A stretch of DNA of 64,000 nucleotides, taken from contig JAGIQG010000012.1 of NCBI GenBank assembly GCA_024679065.1, positions 9,796,001-9,860,000 on the forward strand, in the 5' to 3' direction. Source of the DNA: Sphyrna mokarran (lineage: Eukaryota). This document shows, one piece after another, positions 13,621-25,000 of this stretch. Positions within the stretch are counted from its first letter, which is position 1. Each line of letters starts with the position of its first letter. The position numbers and the translations under genes are program-made. The notes under the pieces were generated by a model that saw only the letters and a program-made list of their open reading frames with translations, was not told the origin of the DNA and ran no database searches.

Positions 13621-13748
13621 CGCTCCGGCGGCTGTGAACGAGGTGGTGTTCTGTTTGTCTTCTTACTCCGCTTCCTCGTTTTTTTTTCAGAAACCTATTC
13701 CTTCTCCTATCTGTCGACGAAGAAAATCGGATTGATGATTTGCTTTAG
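13600..13748 (+). other. GPCPD1: Putative non-coding exon 1 of GPCPD1 (start approximate)
   Basis: Follows the promoter motifs and ends at a donor-like TTTAG|gtaggt (GT at 13749). The ATG exon at 21958 has its own acceptor, so an upstream exon is needed. Confidence 0.5.
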
Positions 13749-13899
13749 GTAGGTTACGGCGATCGGAGTGATTGTGAGTCGGAGGGCGAGATGCTCAGTG
13801 CTGCTGCGATTGTTGCTGCTGGCAAGTGAACCAGTTCCAGGCGGTTCGGGTATTTCCGTTAAACCCGGCGCATGAACAATGCGGGGGGGGGTGGTTAGG

Positions 13900-14862
13900 C
13901 TGGGGTTGCGGAGATTGAATGGGACTGGGTGAAATGAAGGGGACAGGGGAATTGAGGAGTGGTGGGGGGTGCGGATTGAGGGGGACGGGGAATCGAGGGA
14001 TGCGGGCATTGAGGTGGTGGAATCGAGGGTGGAGAAGGTGCGGGAATTGGGGACGGGGAATCGAGGGTAGAGGGGGATGCGGGAATTGAGGGACGGGGAT
14101 CGAGGGGTAGAGGGGATGCGGGAATTGAAGGGACGGGGAATCGGGGTAGAGGGGATGCGGGAATTGAGGGACGGGGAATCGAGGGGTAGGGGGATGCGGG
14201 AATTGAAGGGACGGGGAATCGAGGGTAGAGGGGATGCGGATTGAAGGGACGGGAATCGGGGTAGAGGGGTGCGGGAATTGAGGGACGGGAATCGAGGGTA
14301 GAGGGGGATGCGGGAATTGAAGGGACGGGAATCGAGGGTAGGGGGGATGCGGGAATTGAAGGGACGGGAATCGGGTAGAGGGGGATGCGGGAATTGAAGG
14401 GACGGGGAATCGAGGGGTAGAGGGGGATGCGGGATTGAAGGACGGGGATCGAGGGATGCGGGAATTGAGAGGGACGGGGAATCGAGGGGTAGAGAGGGTG
14501 CGGGAATTGAGGGGGACGGAGAATCGAGGGGTAGGGGGGATGCGGGAATGGGGACGGGGAATCGAGGGGTAGAGGGATGGGATCGAGGGGCGGGGGGGTT
14601 GCGGAACGAGGGATGGGGGTGCGGGATTGGGGGGGACGGGACAGGGATAGAGGGAATTGAGGGGGACGGGGAATCGAGGGATAAGGGGCTGCTGGAATTG
14701 GGGGGAATGGGGAATCGAGGGGTACAGAGGGGGTTGCGGGAATTGAGGGGGACGGGGAATCAGGGATAGAGGGGGTGCGGGAATTGAGAGGGATGGGGGG
14801 GTTGCGGGAATTGAAGGTCGGGGAATTGAGGGGCAGAGGAGGGCTGCGGGAATCGAGGGGGA
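13900..14862 (+). repeat. G-rich minisatellite, unit about 40-42 bp (GGGACGGGGAATCGAGGGGTAGAGGGGGATGCGGGAATTGAA)
   Basis: About 20 tandem units read directly, degenerating at both ends. Confidence 0.95.
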
Positions 14863-15404
14863 AGAACCAGGTGGGCATCATTTTGCTCCCCTCAAGCTTT
14901 TTCTCCACATCGACAAGTCCCGGCGGCATCGTGTTTTTGGGCCGTCTTTTTTTCTTTAAATTCAAAACCGAAACAAGAATGAGGTGTGGGGTGAGATATC
15001 TGCACATCAGACTTTCTTTTAAAAAGGGGGAAAGGACTGTGTCAGGGTGATCGCCATCTCACCACCAAGTTGTCCCCCTTCCTCGTCCCATCTGTGTAGG
15101 TAATTATACAGTGTTTTTTTTGCAGTGTACGTGCGTGTCTTTTCCTTTGTGAATCTGCGCCAATTAACCATAAACCAGATGGGACTCTTCCAAAAATTAA
15201 GATGAATTAAGGCTTTTTGGTATGCAAGAACCTTTCAGTTTTTTTTTTAAAAAGTCAGCCAAATCCTCCCACCTAGCTGAACTTTTTTTGAAACAGCCCT
15301 GTCCCTTTACCTGCAAGATGGCCATCATGATATCCCAGGGGGGAATTTAGGACAAAAGCAGTTTGTGGCCTCACAATATCATTAACCATCTGTGAGGTCT
15401 CATT

Positions 15405-15565
15405 TCCCCGAAAAGGTCATCCAGACTCGAACGTTTCAGGGAACCAAAGGTTCAGATTCAAATATTTCAGGGAAACCAAGGGTCCAGACTCAAAAGGCTG
15501 CTTCTATTCACTCTCCAGAGGCTGCAGAGATTTTCCAGCATTTTCCTGTTCTTGTTTCAGATCAC
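15405..15565 (+). mobile_element. Penelope-like terminal repeat fragment
   Basis: ggtcatccagactcgaa...gagattttccagcattttc...ttgtttcagat is shared with copies at 47455, 49485 and 58100. Confidence 0.6.
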
Positions 15566-15849
15566 AGTGCTTGGCTTTTATTATTTTTACAGTTTGGTGT
15601 GAGCAAATAGTCATTGTCAGAGGAAAGATCTTGTACCTGGGGCTGAGTGACTGGTGTGATTCATCCTGGTATATTTTTGTGCTGTAGTAATTTGCATTCG
15701 TTTTAGGTTGTAAAATGTCTCCCCTTGCAACATTTGATTCCTTTCAGTATTCAACAGTAGTGTTAGCAGAGATAATGATGCATAAAAGGGATGCAGGAGA
15801 GAGTCCTGAATAAGAGAAAAGGCCAGTTGAAAGCATAATAAAAACTTAA

Positions 15850-16260
15850 AAATAAAAGCAGGAGTAGACCATATGGCCCCCTAAAGCCTGTTACATTGTT
15901 CACCGTGTTCATGGCTGATCTTCTGCTTAAGCTGCACTCTTCTGGCAGCTCCCCAAAACCATGGTTCCCTGAAATATGTTTAACTTTGTCTGAAATATTC
16001 TCAATGATGGACTGTCCATAACCCTCTGGGAAGAAAATTCCAAAGGTTGACAAGCCCGAAACTTTAATTCTTGACATTCAAATGATCAGCTATTAATTTT
16101 AAGAACCCATCCCCATGTTTTGTATTCCCCAAGCAAGGGAAACAATCTCTTTCCCCAGTCAAACCATTTCAGAACCATGTCTATTTCAATTATCATCTCT
16201 CATCTCCAGTTTATGCTATTTCCCATCAGAGGACATTCCTGTCAACCCGGTAGCCAATCT
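15850..16260 (-). mobile_element. CR1-type LINE 3' relic
   Basis: aggagtagaccatatggccc...gttcatggctgatct tail and accctctgggaagaaaattcc (FFxQRV on the - strand). Confidence 0.65.
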
Positions 16261-16834
16261 GCAGCAGTTTGTATTTGTAAAGCACCTTTAACATAAAGCA
16301 TTTAAGGTGGTTCACAGGGCCATTATAAAAACAAAATAGTTGTGAGTGAGGACCTTTAATGCTTGAGAATGTTAAAGATTTTCAAATATGAGATAGAATT
16401 TAAAATTTGGAGACTTGGTGACTGATGTTCAGTAAGGATGATGATGGTGACCAAACTGTCCCTTCTACGTTTGAAAAGAGGCAGATTTTGCTGACTGTAG
16501 AATTTTATAGGGGATGGTAGATTTAGAGTTTAATTATTACTGTCACAAGTAGGTTTATATTAACATTGCAATGAAGTTACTGTGAAAATGCCCTAGTCAC
16601 CACACTCTTGACACCTGTTTGGGAGTTTGAGAGGCAAGTAACTGGCCACTAAATAGTAGGTTTGTGACCATGGCTAGTGTTAATTGTTTATATCAATGAA
16701 AAGGATAATTAGGTGCAGTGCATTCATTGTTTCACCATGTATAGAGATATTTACAGTTCATTCATGGTTTGTTTTGCTTGAATATAAAGAAGCATTTACT
16801 GACAGTGAGGTGGGCATAGGATTATGAGCAGCTG

Positions 16835-17990
16835 ATGTTTCACTTTGAATACATCCATTTGAGTAAAGATGGACTTCTGGTTGCTCTCTCCACCTCCCTT
16901 TCACCAAATTGCTCTTGGGAGTTTAATAGCTGGGACCTGAATATTCCAGCATATTTGACATAGAACAGGAAAGGAGGAGGAGAAGATGAGCTAGCTCTTG
17001 TTAACAAAGGATGAAATCAGAACTGTAGGGAAAAATGATTTTTGTTCATGGGATCAAAATATAAAAATTTTGGGTTGAGAGTGCAGTTAGCAAAAAGAAG
17101 AAGTCACTTGGAGATGTTGTTTATAACGCCTCTGATAGTAGCTACAATTTAGTATAGGATAAAAGTCAAGAAATGTTGGCTTCTAAGAAGGGTACTGCAA
17201 TTACGTGGGAGATTTTAACCTTCGTATATATTGAGCAAATCAAATTGACAAAGGTAGTATGGAGAATGAGTTCACAGAAACTGTCCTGAATTAATTCTAC
17301 AACTATATGTTCTGTTTTCGACTTAGTAGCATAGACTCAGAATCCTGCAGTGCAGAAGGAGGCCATTCAGCCCACCGAGTTTACATAGACCACAATCCCA
17401 TCCAGGCCTTATCCCTATAACCCCATGCACTTACCTTAGCTAGATCTCCTGACATTAAGGGGCAATTTTAGCATGGCCAATCCACCTAATATGCATGAAT
17501 CGGGATTAATTAACCTCAGAATAAAGGATCCTCTTGGTAAGAGTGATTATAAATGCAATAGAATTTCACATTTAGTTTGAGGGTGAGAAATGGGATTTGG
17601 AAACTATGTCAATATAAAAGGCAAGAGTATGAAGACAAAGTTGTCTAAAGTGGAAAGGGAAATTTGTCTTAAGACAGTAGAGGAATAGCAGACGTTTCAT
17701 GAGATATTTCATAAAGCTGGAACATGGCATTTTTGTTGAGGGAGACTTGAAAAGGATGCTTTGTCCTGGACTAACTTAGGATGTTAAAGATTGGACGTTG
17801 GAAGAAAGGATGCATAATGTTGCAAAAATCAATGCTAGGTGACAAGATGAAGAAAGTTAACCTACCTAATATTTGACATTTTCCAAATGTCAGAACCTCC
17901 TATTAAGGAGGTAGTAATAGGATATTTGGAAAATCAGAACACAGGCAAAGTCCACATGGTTTTGTTTGACAAATTAGAATTCTTTAAGAA
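16835..17990 (+). mobile_element. Decayed CR1-like ORF2 (endonuclease to RT region) interrupted by a SINE at 17337-17495
   Basis: Purine-rich relic with degenerate endonuclease motifs (ggagattttaac = GDFN, agtgattat = SDH-like). Confidence 0.5.
17337..17495 (-). mobile_element. HE1-like SINE 3' half with CR1-type tail
   Basis: agaatcctgcagtgcagaaggaggccattcagccc...gcatggccaatccacctaa. Confidence 0.8.
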
Positions 17991-18552
17991 TGTAATCTGC
18001 TTTTTTAGTAAAGATGCTGTAATTGTAAATTATATTTTCCATCTATGAGCAGATATCACATTGTGTGTTCTTGTTGACCAAATGCAACAATGTCATAAAA
18101 TTTAGTGCTGCTGAAGAACATGATAATATTAATTTTGAGCATTTTAATTCACTTCACCTTTAATACAGGGCTGGAGGTTTAAGGACAATAAGTGGAGAAA
18201 ACAAACCAGCATGAGGCTACAGAAATCCTGGTATATGAAGTACGTGTCTAACATTTATAAATACTAGTTGATTGTAAAGCATGTTTTGTTGTCATAAAGC
18301 ACAATAAGACTGTAACTATTAATGTTTCAGCAGACAGCACCCTATTTACACTGCTTGGGTGATTTTTCAGCTGTCAAATGTGATTACTTTATACCTGTAT
18401 GTTGTACACATGCTCAAGCCTCTCCGTAGCAGTTTATACAATTTAGGTCAGCTGGATTTAAGAATCGTACAGAGGCTCGTGGCATTCCAGGATCTTTTAC
18501 AGTGATTTGACATTGCTTGCCATATGATGTCCAACCAGAAGTGTGTGAGACA

Positions 18553-18705
18553 GTATCATGGAATCCCTACAGAGCAGGAGGAGGCCATTTGGCTCATCAA
18601 ACCTGCACCGACAACAATCCTATCCCTGCAACTCCATCTGCTAATCACCCTGACACAAAAGACAACTGAGCATAGCCAATCAACCTAATCCATACATCTT
18701 TGAAC
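18553..18705 (-). mobile_element. HE1-like SINE 3' half
   Basis: gaatccctacagagcaggaggaggccatttgg...gccaatcaacctaa. Confidence 0.75.
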
Positions 18706-19479
18706 TTGTAACTTCTGCTAAAGTTATAAATGCCTCAAATGAGCACTGTGTCATGAATGACATATAATAGATGTATATGTGCATGTGTGCTATTTGAATT
18801 TGAATTTAAAGTAAAATATATTTTACAAGCCTAGTACGCAAAGTTGACCAGTTAGTCCACTTAGGATAAAATTGATGTAATGTGGAGTCCTGTATTCTCA
18901 GTATCTTGGCATATAGTTTGAAATGTTTATTGAAACAAATGCCTGAAAAGTTCAGGAGTTGTGTTCACCTTGTTGCTGCAGCTTCCTGTCGTGTGGTGTG
19001 CTGGTTACAGCTTCTCTTTTGGTGCCTTTATGGATTGTTGAATTAGGGAAAACCATCAATGGCTGCTCTTCTACATTTCAGTTGAAGGAAGTAACGTAAA
19101 CTTCGTCCGTCCTGTCATGCATTTGTCCAACCTTTCATCCATAGTACGCAAAAGATTGCTTCGTTGCAACACCTGTAGCCTGTTGATTACTGCTGCAAAT
19201 TTACTCCCCTAATCTGGGGTGATGTTCATAGCATTTTCTGTGGTTACTTGCAGTTGTGTGGTTGAAGATTTATTTCATAGTATAATGCAAAACCATTGTG
19301 CAGGTTATATTAAAGTTTGCTGTATTATTTACACACTATTATGTCAGTTTGAATACTTAGAGCAGATGAGAAGTAAGGGTGTTGTTACAAACCTAGTCAA
19401 ATAGTTAAATCGGACTGGGTAACTGCTTTGTGGAACACCTTCACGTGTCTCCAGTCTTCCGCTTGCTTAGCCTTTCAAC

Positions 19480-19960
19480 TGTATCTTGCCCTCGTGCCCA
19501 CATGTCTGTCCTACGCTTGCTGCAATGCTCTGAAGATGCCCAACACAAACTGGAAGAACAATTTCCAGCCTCCTGGGCTCAATATTTGAGTTCAACAACT
19601 TTACACAGTAAACTGCTCCCTCTTTTTGACTCCCTCTTTTTTGTTTTTTGTCTCAGTTCCGCCTGTCCTGTGTTTTCAGTTTTGCTCCCACTAACACATT
19701 CTACTTCTAACCTTTTGCCCTTTTAGCACTCTTCATCCCTGAATGGCATTATTAACACACTTTTGTCTCATGTTGATGACACTGTTATCAATCTCTCCTT
19801 TGCTCTTTCTTTGTTCTTCTGTTCTGCCCCACCTACTCCAACCACCTCCCAACCATCTAATTCATTTCTACTTTTAGTTCTGTAGAAGGGCCATCTGTTT
19901 CTCTCCACCTACATTGCCAGGCCTACTGAGTTTCTCTAGGATTTTCTGTTTTTGTTTTAA
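19480..19960 (+). mobile_element. Penelope-like element 3' relic
   Basis: HMSVLRLLQCSEDAQHKLEEQ resembles the Penelope GIY-YIG C-terminus and is followed by a terminal-repeat relic. Confidence 0.6.
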
Positions 19961-20621
19961 TTAAATCATTGCCATAATTCAAACATCAAGTACATTGGTC
20001 AATCTGTTTCATGAGGAAAAGGGGAAAAATAGTGTAACTTCTCTATGCTTCAGTATTTTCCAGTATTATCTACTGCTGTAAATGGGGTAGTATTTAATTT
20101 TTGATATGATTTATTAGTCATATATATATTAATATATAGTGAAAAGTATTGTTTCTTGCATGCTATACAGACAAAACGTACAGTTCATGGAGAAGGATCA
20201 GAGAATATGCAGTAGAAAACAGTATCAAAAAATTTTGTAACATTTTAAAATGTATCATTCTCATTGAGTGCCCACACCCAAAATGTCAAGTGGGACAGAC
20301 TTCAGGCCTGAGTACTTATAACATTTGCAGCTTTTATTGCAATTAATGTTTGGATAAAAATGGAAGAGTGACTAAATGACAATGCAGGATTACAATTTAT
20401 AAGCCAGATTTTGAAGCTGCAGCAGTTGTGTTCCTATAATAAATAGTAATATCTTCTGACTATCAGCAAATTTAGTATTAATGGGCCATTTATTGCGGAA
20501 GTACTTTACAAAATTAAATGGTGGATAAGCTGATGGTTGAATCTCCTGAAAATGTCATTCATTATATTTGCTGGGCAACCCAGTTCTGTTTATAACTTGC
20601 CATGCCACGTGCAGTCTGTTC

Positions 20622-20866
20622 TTGGCATGTGGCACAGTGGTTAGCACCAGGGATGTGGGTTCAATTTGACCTTGGGTCACTGTGCGGTATTTGCACATTC
20701 TGTCTGTGTCTGGTGGGTTTCCTCTGGATGCTTCAGTTTCCTCCCACAGTCCAAAAGATGTGTTAATTAAGTGCATTGGCTCCCTCAGTGCTGGACTTGG
20801 GAATTTTCACAGTAATTTCATTGCAGTGTTAACGTAAACCCACCTATGACGCTAATAAATAAAATA
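20622..20866 (+). mobile_element. V-SINE/HE1-like SINE with the alternative tail
   Basis: gtggcacagtggttagcac head, gggtttcctc..gtttcctcccacagtccaaaagatgtg core, cacagtaatttcattgcagtgtt...taataaataaa tail. Confidence 0.85.
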
Positions 20867-21997
20867 AATTCCTTGCAACTCTTACCACCTGCTTGACCTC
20901 ATGTGTTGATTTGTAGATAAATAAAATGTGTATTTCCAGGATGAAAGTCAAGCTTGACTAATCTTTTCAAGCTGGAAGTTTCTTAGCTGGAAAGGGACTG
21001 GACTTGTATGCTGAGTCTTGTGGCCTTAAAATTGAGATTGTCTTATATGCCGGATTAATTTGTATGCAGCAATTTTCATTATTCTGAAGGCTGAAGAACT
21101 ATATTGCAATGATGTTGAAGTGCAAATGTGGAAGGTCAAAGATCATTGATTAGACGGCAACCTTTTTTTTTACAGCATTCATACAGATTCAGTAGTTTCA
21201 TATTTGCCGACCTGATTTTGGCAATGACATTACAATACAGTGTTTTTTGTGCAGGTGATGGTACTTTATTGCAGTTTGAGTGGTAACTCCACACACTGAT
21301 TTCATGGAAATTTTGAAGATTGCTTTTCTCAACTCTACTAAACAAAAAACTTAAATCTCTTTGTAAGTATTTGTAAAGATTTAAATCAAGACACAGTTGG
21401 GTCTAAATAAGCTGTAACAATATTTGAGCATTGCAGTAGAAATTATGTAGAGATTTTCTTATGTTTATTTAGGAGTATCATAATTTCTAAAAATGTTCTT
21501 CAAAAAATTTTGCAATTTTTCAGAAGTGAGTGTGTTCCTTATTGATTAGGGGAAGATAAATTTGAGATTTGATTCACAATTGACTGTTGTGTAATGGTGA
21601 GAGTATTACATTGCTTTCCTATAAGGTAACTACTGCAAAAGGTTTTGTTGACCTGCCCTTAAATCTAACAACGTTATTTGATGCTGCAAGATGCATGAAT
21701 GTGGTTCAAAGTGGGAGAAACTTGACCTCAACTTGACACCTCTCACCGCAACTCAGCTGCAATCAAAGCTCAGTGCTGTGATGTGTTGGGAAGAACTTTG
21801 TGCTGATAGAGGATTTTGCAATCTGATTAGTAAATTGATTCTTTTGTAAACACTATAAATGACTAGTTTAGTATATGACATCACAGGCAGTACAATTTTT
21901 CTAAATGTTAGTTTGTTATTGTTGTACTAATTCAGTAAATTATATTTTTTACTGTAGATAACATCAGCCATTCAGTAGTGCCTCAACGTTGGCAAAC

Positions 21998-22046
21998 ATG
22001 TTCACTTCGCAAGTCACTTTCAAAATCAAAGGAGTTACACTTCCAG
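21998..22046 (+). CDS. GPCPD1: GPCPD1 exon 2 coding part (MFTSQVTFKIKGVTLPG); exon starts at 21958
   Basis: Acceptor actgtag|, AACATG start, donor CCAG|gtatta; matches human MTPSQVAFEIRGTLLPG. Confidence 0.92.
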
Positions 22047-25000
22047 GTATTAAAGGATTAAATTATATGTTGAAGCAATTTGCATAAGTATGAAATTGGA
22101 ACTGCTGAATGAAATCTCACATGTGGGTGGATGCATGCATGTCTCCATCAGGAAGGAAATAAATTCCATATTCAACAATTCCTTATGCAGTTATTAAATT
22201 TTAATTATTAAGTTTTAAAGTAATTGTTTTGGCTTTGTGCCATACTTACTGCTTTTTTTTAACCGGTTTAGATTTGAATTAATATGATCTGTTTGGCAGG
22301 CATTTATGCAACAAAGTTACTTTTAAGTGTAGCTCCATGGTTGTGAATCACAGGGAAGTAATTCTGGTGAATTGTTCTGTGTATGTCTATAACAAAATAT
22401 AGTTATGATTCATAATGTTTTTAGTCTTGCCTTAAAATGTTTGTCAGAAAAGTTTTATTGCCATACCTCCTCATATTTTCCACTAATTGGATGTAGAACA
22501 TTTTATTTCACAATAACTCATTGCCTATGTTTATTTTAACAGGCAGCACTTCTGTGATAACATTGCCATGGACATCTTTTTGTCCAGATTATTTAAATAT
22601 GAATGAGTTCAATGCATTTGATTGACAACAATCCAACATTGCTGTTGTGCAAGTCTCAATCAACGACAAGTGAATTTGAACAGCCATAAACACAAGTGAT
22701 ACTTGCCATTTGGCCACTGATAAGCTTACATATATATCTTACAAAACCTACTGTTGTTAAGGTACCAGAGCAGAAACACAAAGTATATTATGAAGCCCAA
22801 CTAGACCCCAACAGCATATTTCACTCCAGCTATGATTCTATTGACACATTAGGAAGCTTTTAGCAAAAGAAACTTTATTTAAGAATACTATAACTAATCA
22901 GCTTAACTTTTACCATTTGAAATACTTGAGCATGACAAGGTACAGTTCTTAACTGATAACCTATCTCTCTTAGTTCTAATTTAACTAATAATCCTGTTAT
23001 AGACTCAAAATCAGTCAGCAACACACAGACTTGTACTTGGACTGCTCGTCCTTGAGCCATGATGTGAAGATGCTGGCATTGAACTGGGGTAAACACAGTA
23101 AGTCTCTCAACGCCAGGTTGAAGTCCAATAGGTTTATTTGGTATAAACGTCACTAGCTTTTGAGGTTTGCCCCTTTGTCACGTGAGTGGGAGTTCACCCA
23201 TTCCCATTCACCTGACAAAGGGGCAAACCCCGAAAGCTAGTGGCGTTTACTACCAAATAAACCTGTTCAACTTTAACCTGGTGTTATGAGACTCATTACT
23301 GTCCTTGAGCCTTCAGAACACCACTGGCGGGAGACAGTTGTTCCCTTAGCAGGTCCCAAACAACAACCTCAGAAGACAGAAAGAAAGAGACATCTCTTGC
23401 TTCTTTTCAGAACCTGGCAGTAACTGTATTTTCCTGTAAGCTTAGCTGCTTCCTTTAAGCACATGATTGTCAATCTGACTCATCAAAATTCTGCACTGAA
23501 ACCGCAGGAGAAAAACGAAATAGACAAAAATCAGTTAACTCAATTTAAAACAAATATATCCTGAGGTAAAATCAATCACTAGGCTGTATTCTCAGTATGT
23601 GAGCTGCTCAATCCCCAGACAAGTAAGCACAACATAAAACAGAGCTGAATTTTAAACATACCCATTACAAGAAACATGATATAAATTTTTTAAGGTACAA
23701 TATTGTCAACTGTCTGTAGTTTGACTGAAATGCTTCTCTTCAACCATGCTAGAAAACTGCTTACAGGTGCTAGGAGACTTTGGCTTCTCTTTAAAAGGTG
23801 TCAAATTATCCATTATCTTCAGAGTTAAAGGCAGTCCACAAAGAAACATTTTCTTGACTTTTGAAGTGTGCAAACCAAGATGCACATTGAACGGCTCGTC
23901 CTGCTCAGAAGACTTGTTTATTCTGGAAGTTCAGTTTATGCATCACTTGATGACTTGCTTAATTAATAACTTACAGCCGATCTAAAGGATGCAGGCTGTT
24001 ATTTTGGAATTTGAAAGTTCACTTAAAGTATATCTAATTCAACAGTACACATTAGACATTCAACATTTGCAAGTTGTTGCTGTTTGAGTTAATACTGATC
24101 TGAAGAGGAAAACATTTGTTTGCATAGTGCTTCTTGATAGCTGGTGATGTAAATGCCATACGAGTGGATTTCTCCATTAAAGGATTTTGGCTGATTTCTA
24201 TTTGTTAGTATGCCTGCCTTTTTGTGTAATTGGGCCTTTCATGTCAGTACATATTTGATGGACCAAAGGGCCTGTTTCACACTGTAGGATTCTGTGATTC
24301 TGTTTTTTAGTGACATTGGCTATATTAATATGGAAATAGATTAAAAAGTGGAAATTATTTTCTGCAGAGTTCTTTGCACAAGCGCTTGTTAGTGCGACTC
24401 TGTAATATGTCTTTTTATTGTGCGATTGATTTAACCAAAGGTAGCATTAGCCAGTCAATTGTAGCTTGGCTGCTAAATTATTGAGATAGTCATCATCTAA
24501 ATCTAATAATCAGAGTTGTTATTACAAAATCTATACTTTTCATATTTAACCTGTTAACGTTTGTGTGCACACGTGTTGATCCCTTTTTTCTCCCGTTTGG
24601 TACCCTAGGTGAAGTGTTTGCAGTATGTGGAAATTCAGCTGTACTGGGTAATTGGTATCCACAGAAAGCAGTGCTTCTGGAGCCAGATGCAAACGATAGG
24701 TAAGTGTAAAAGAGGATGGATTGCTGCTGGATAAATGGTCAGATTTGTGAAAGTGTCTAATCCGTAAATACAGTACAATAATTCCAATTTATTCAGTCTG
24801 GCAGTTACCTATCTGGTTTTTACAGTTTTATTTCATTAAAATTTATTTAATTCTTTTGGCATATGTTTTCCCTCATTTGTTTTTCATGCCGTTAATTATT
24901 TTGGCAGATGAAATTGGAGACATTGTCTATCAGTTATCGCTGTGGTAGTAAAACAGTTCGAAAGATGTAATGTACTGCTTAGGTTCCTCTGTACCCAAGC

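Noticed and set aside
13549-13752. 67-aa ORF over the promoter
   Set aside because: No recognisable homology; it probably starts upstream of the transcription start, at a CCAAT box.
13900-14862. CRISPR-like array or immunoglobulin switch region
   Set aside because: No unique spacers and a eukaryotic context; no AGCT-rich switch repeats or Ig exons.
13895-15007. 370-aa proline-rich ORF on the - strand (and the Gly/Arg-rich ORFs opposite)
   Set aside because: It is the translation of the minisatellite; the C-rich strand simply lacks stop codons.
18169-18230. Extra GPCPD1 5' UTR exon (taatacag|...CTG|gtatat)
   Set aside because: Weak donor and no independent support.
20628-20680. tRNA gene
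   Set aside because: It is a SINE head with no complete cloverleaf and runs into the SINE core.
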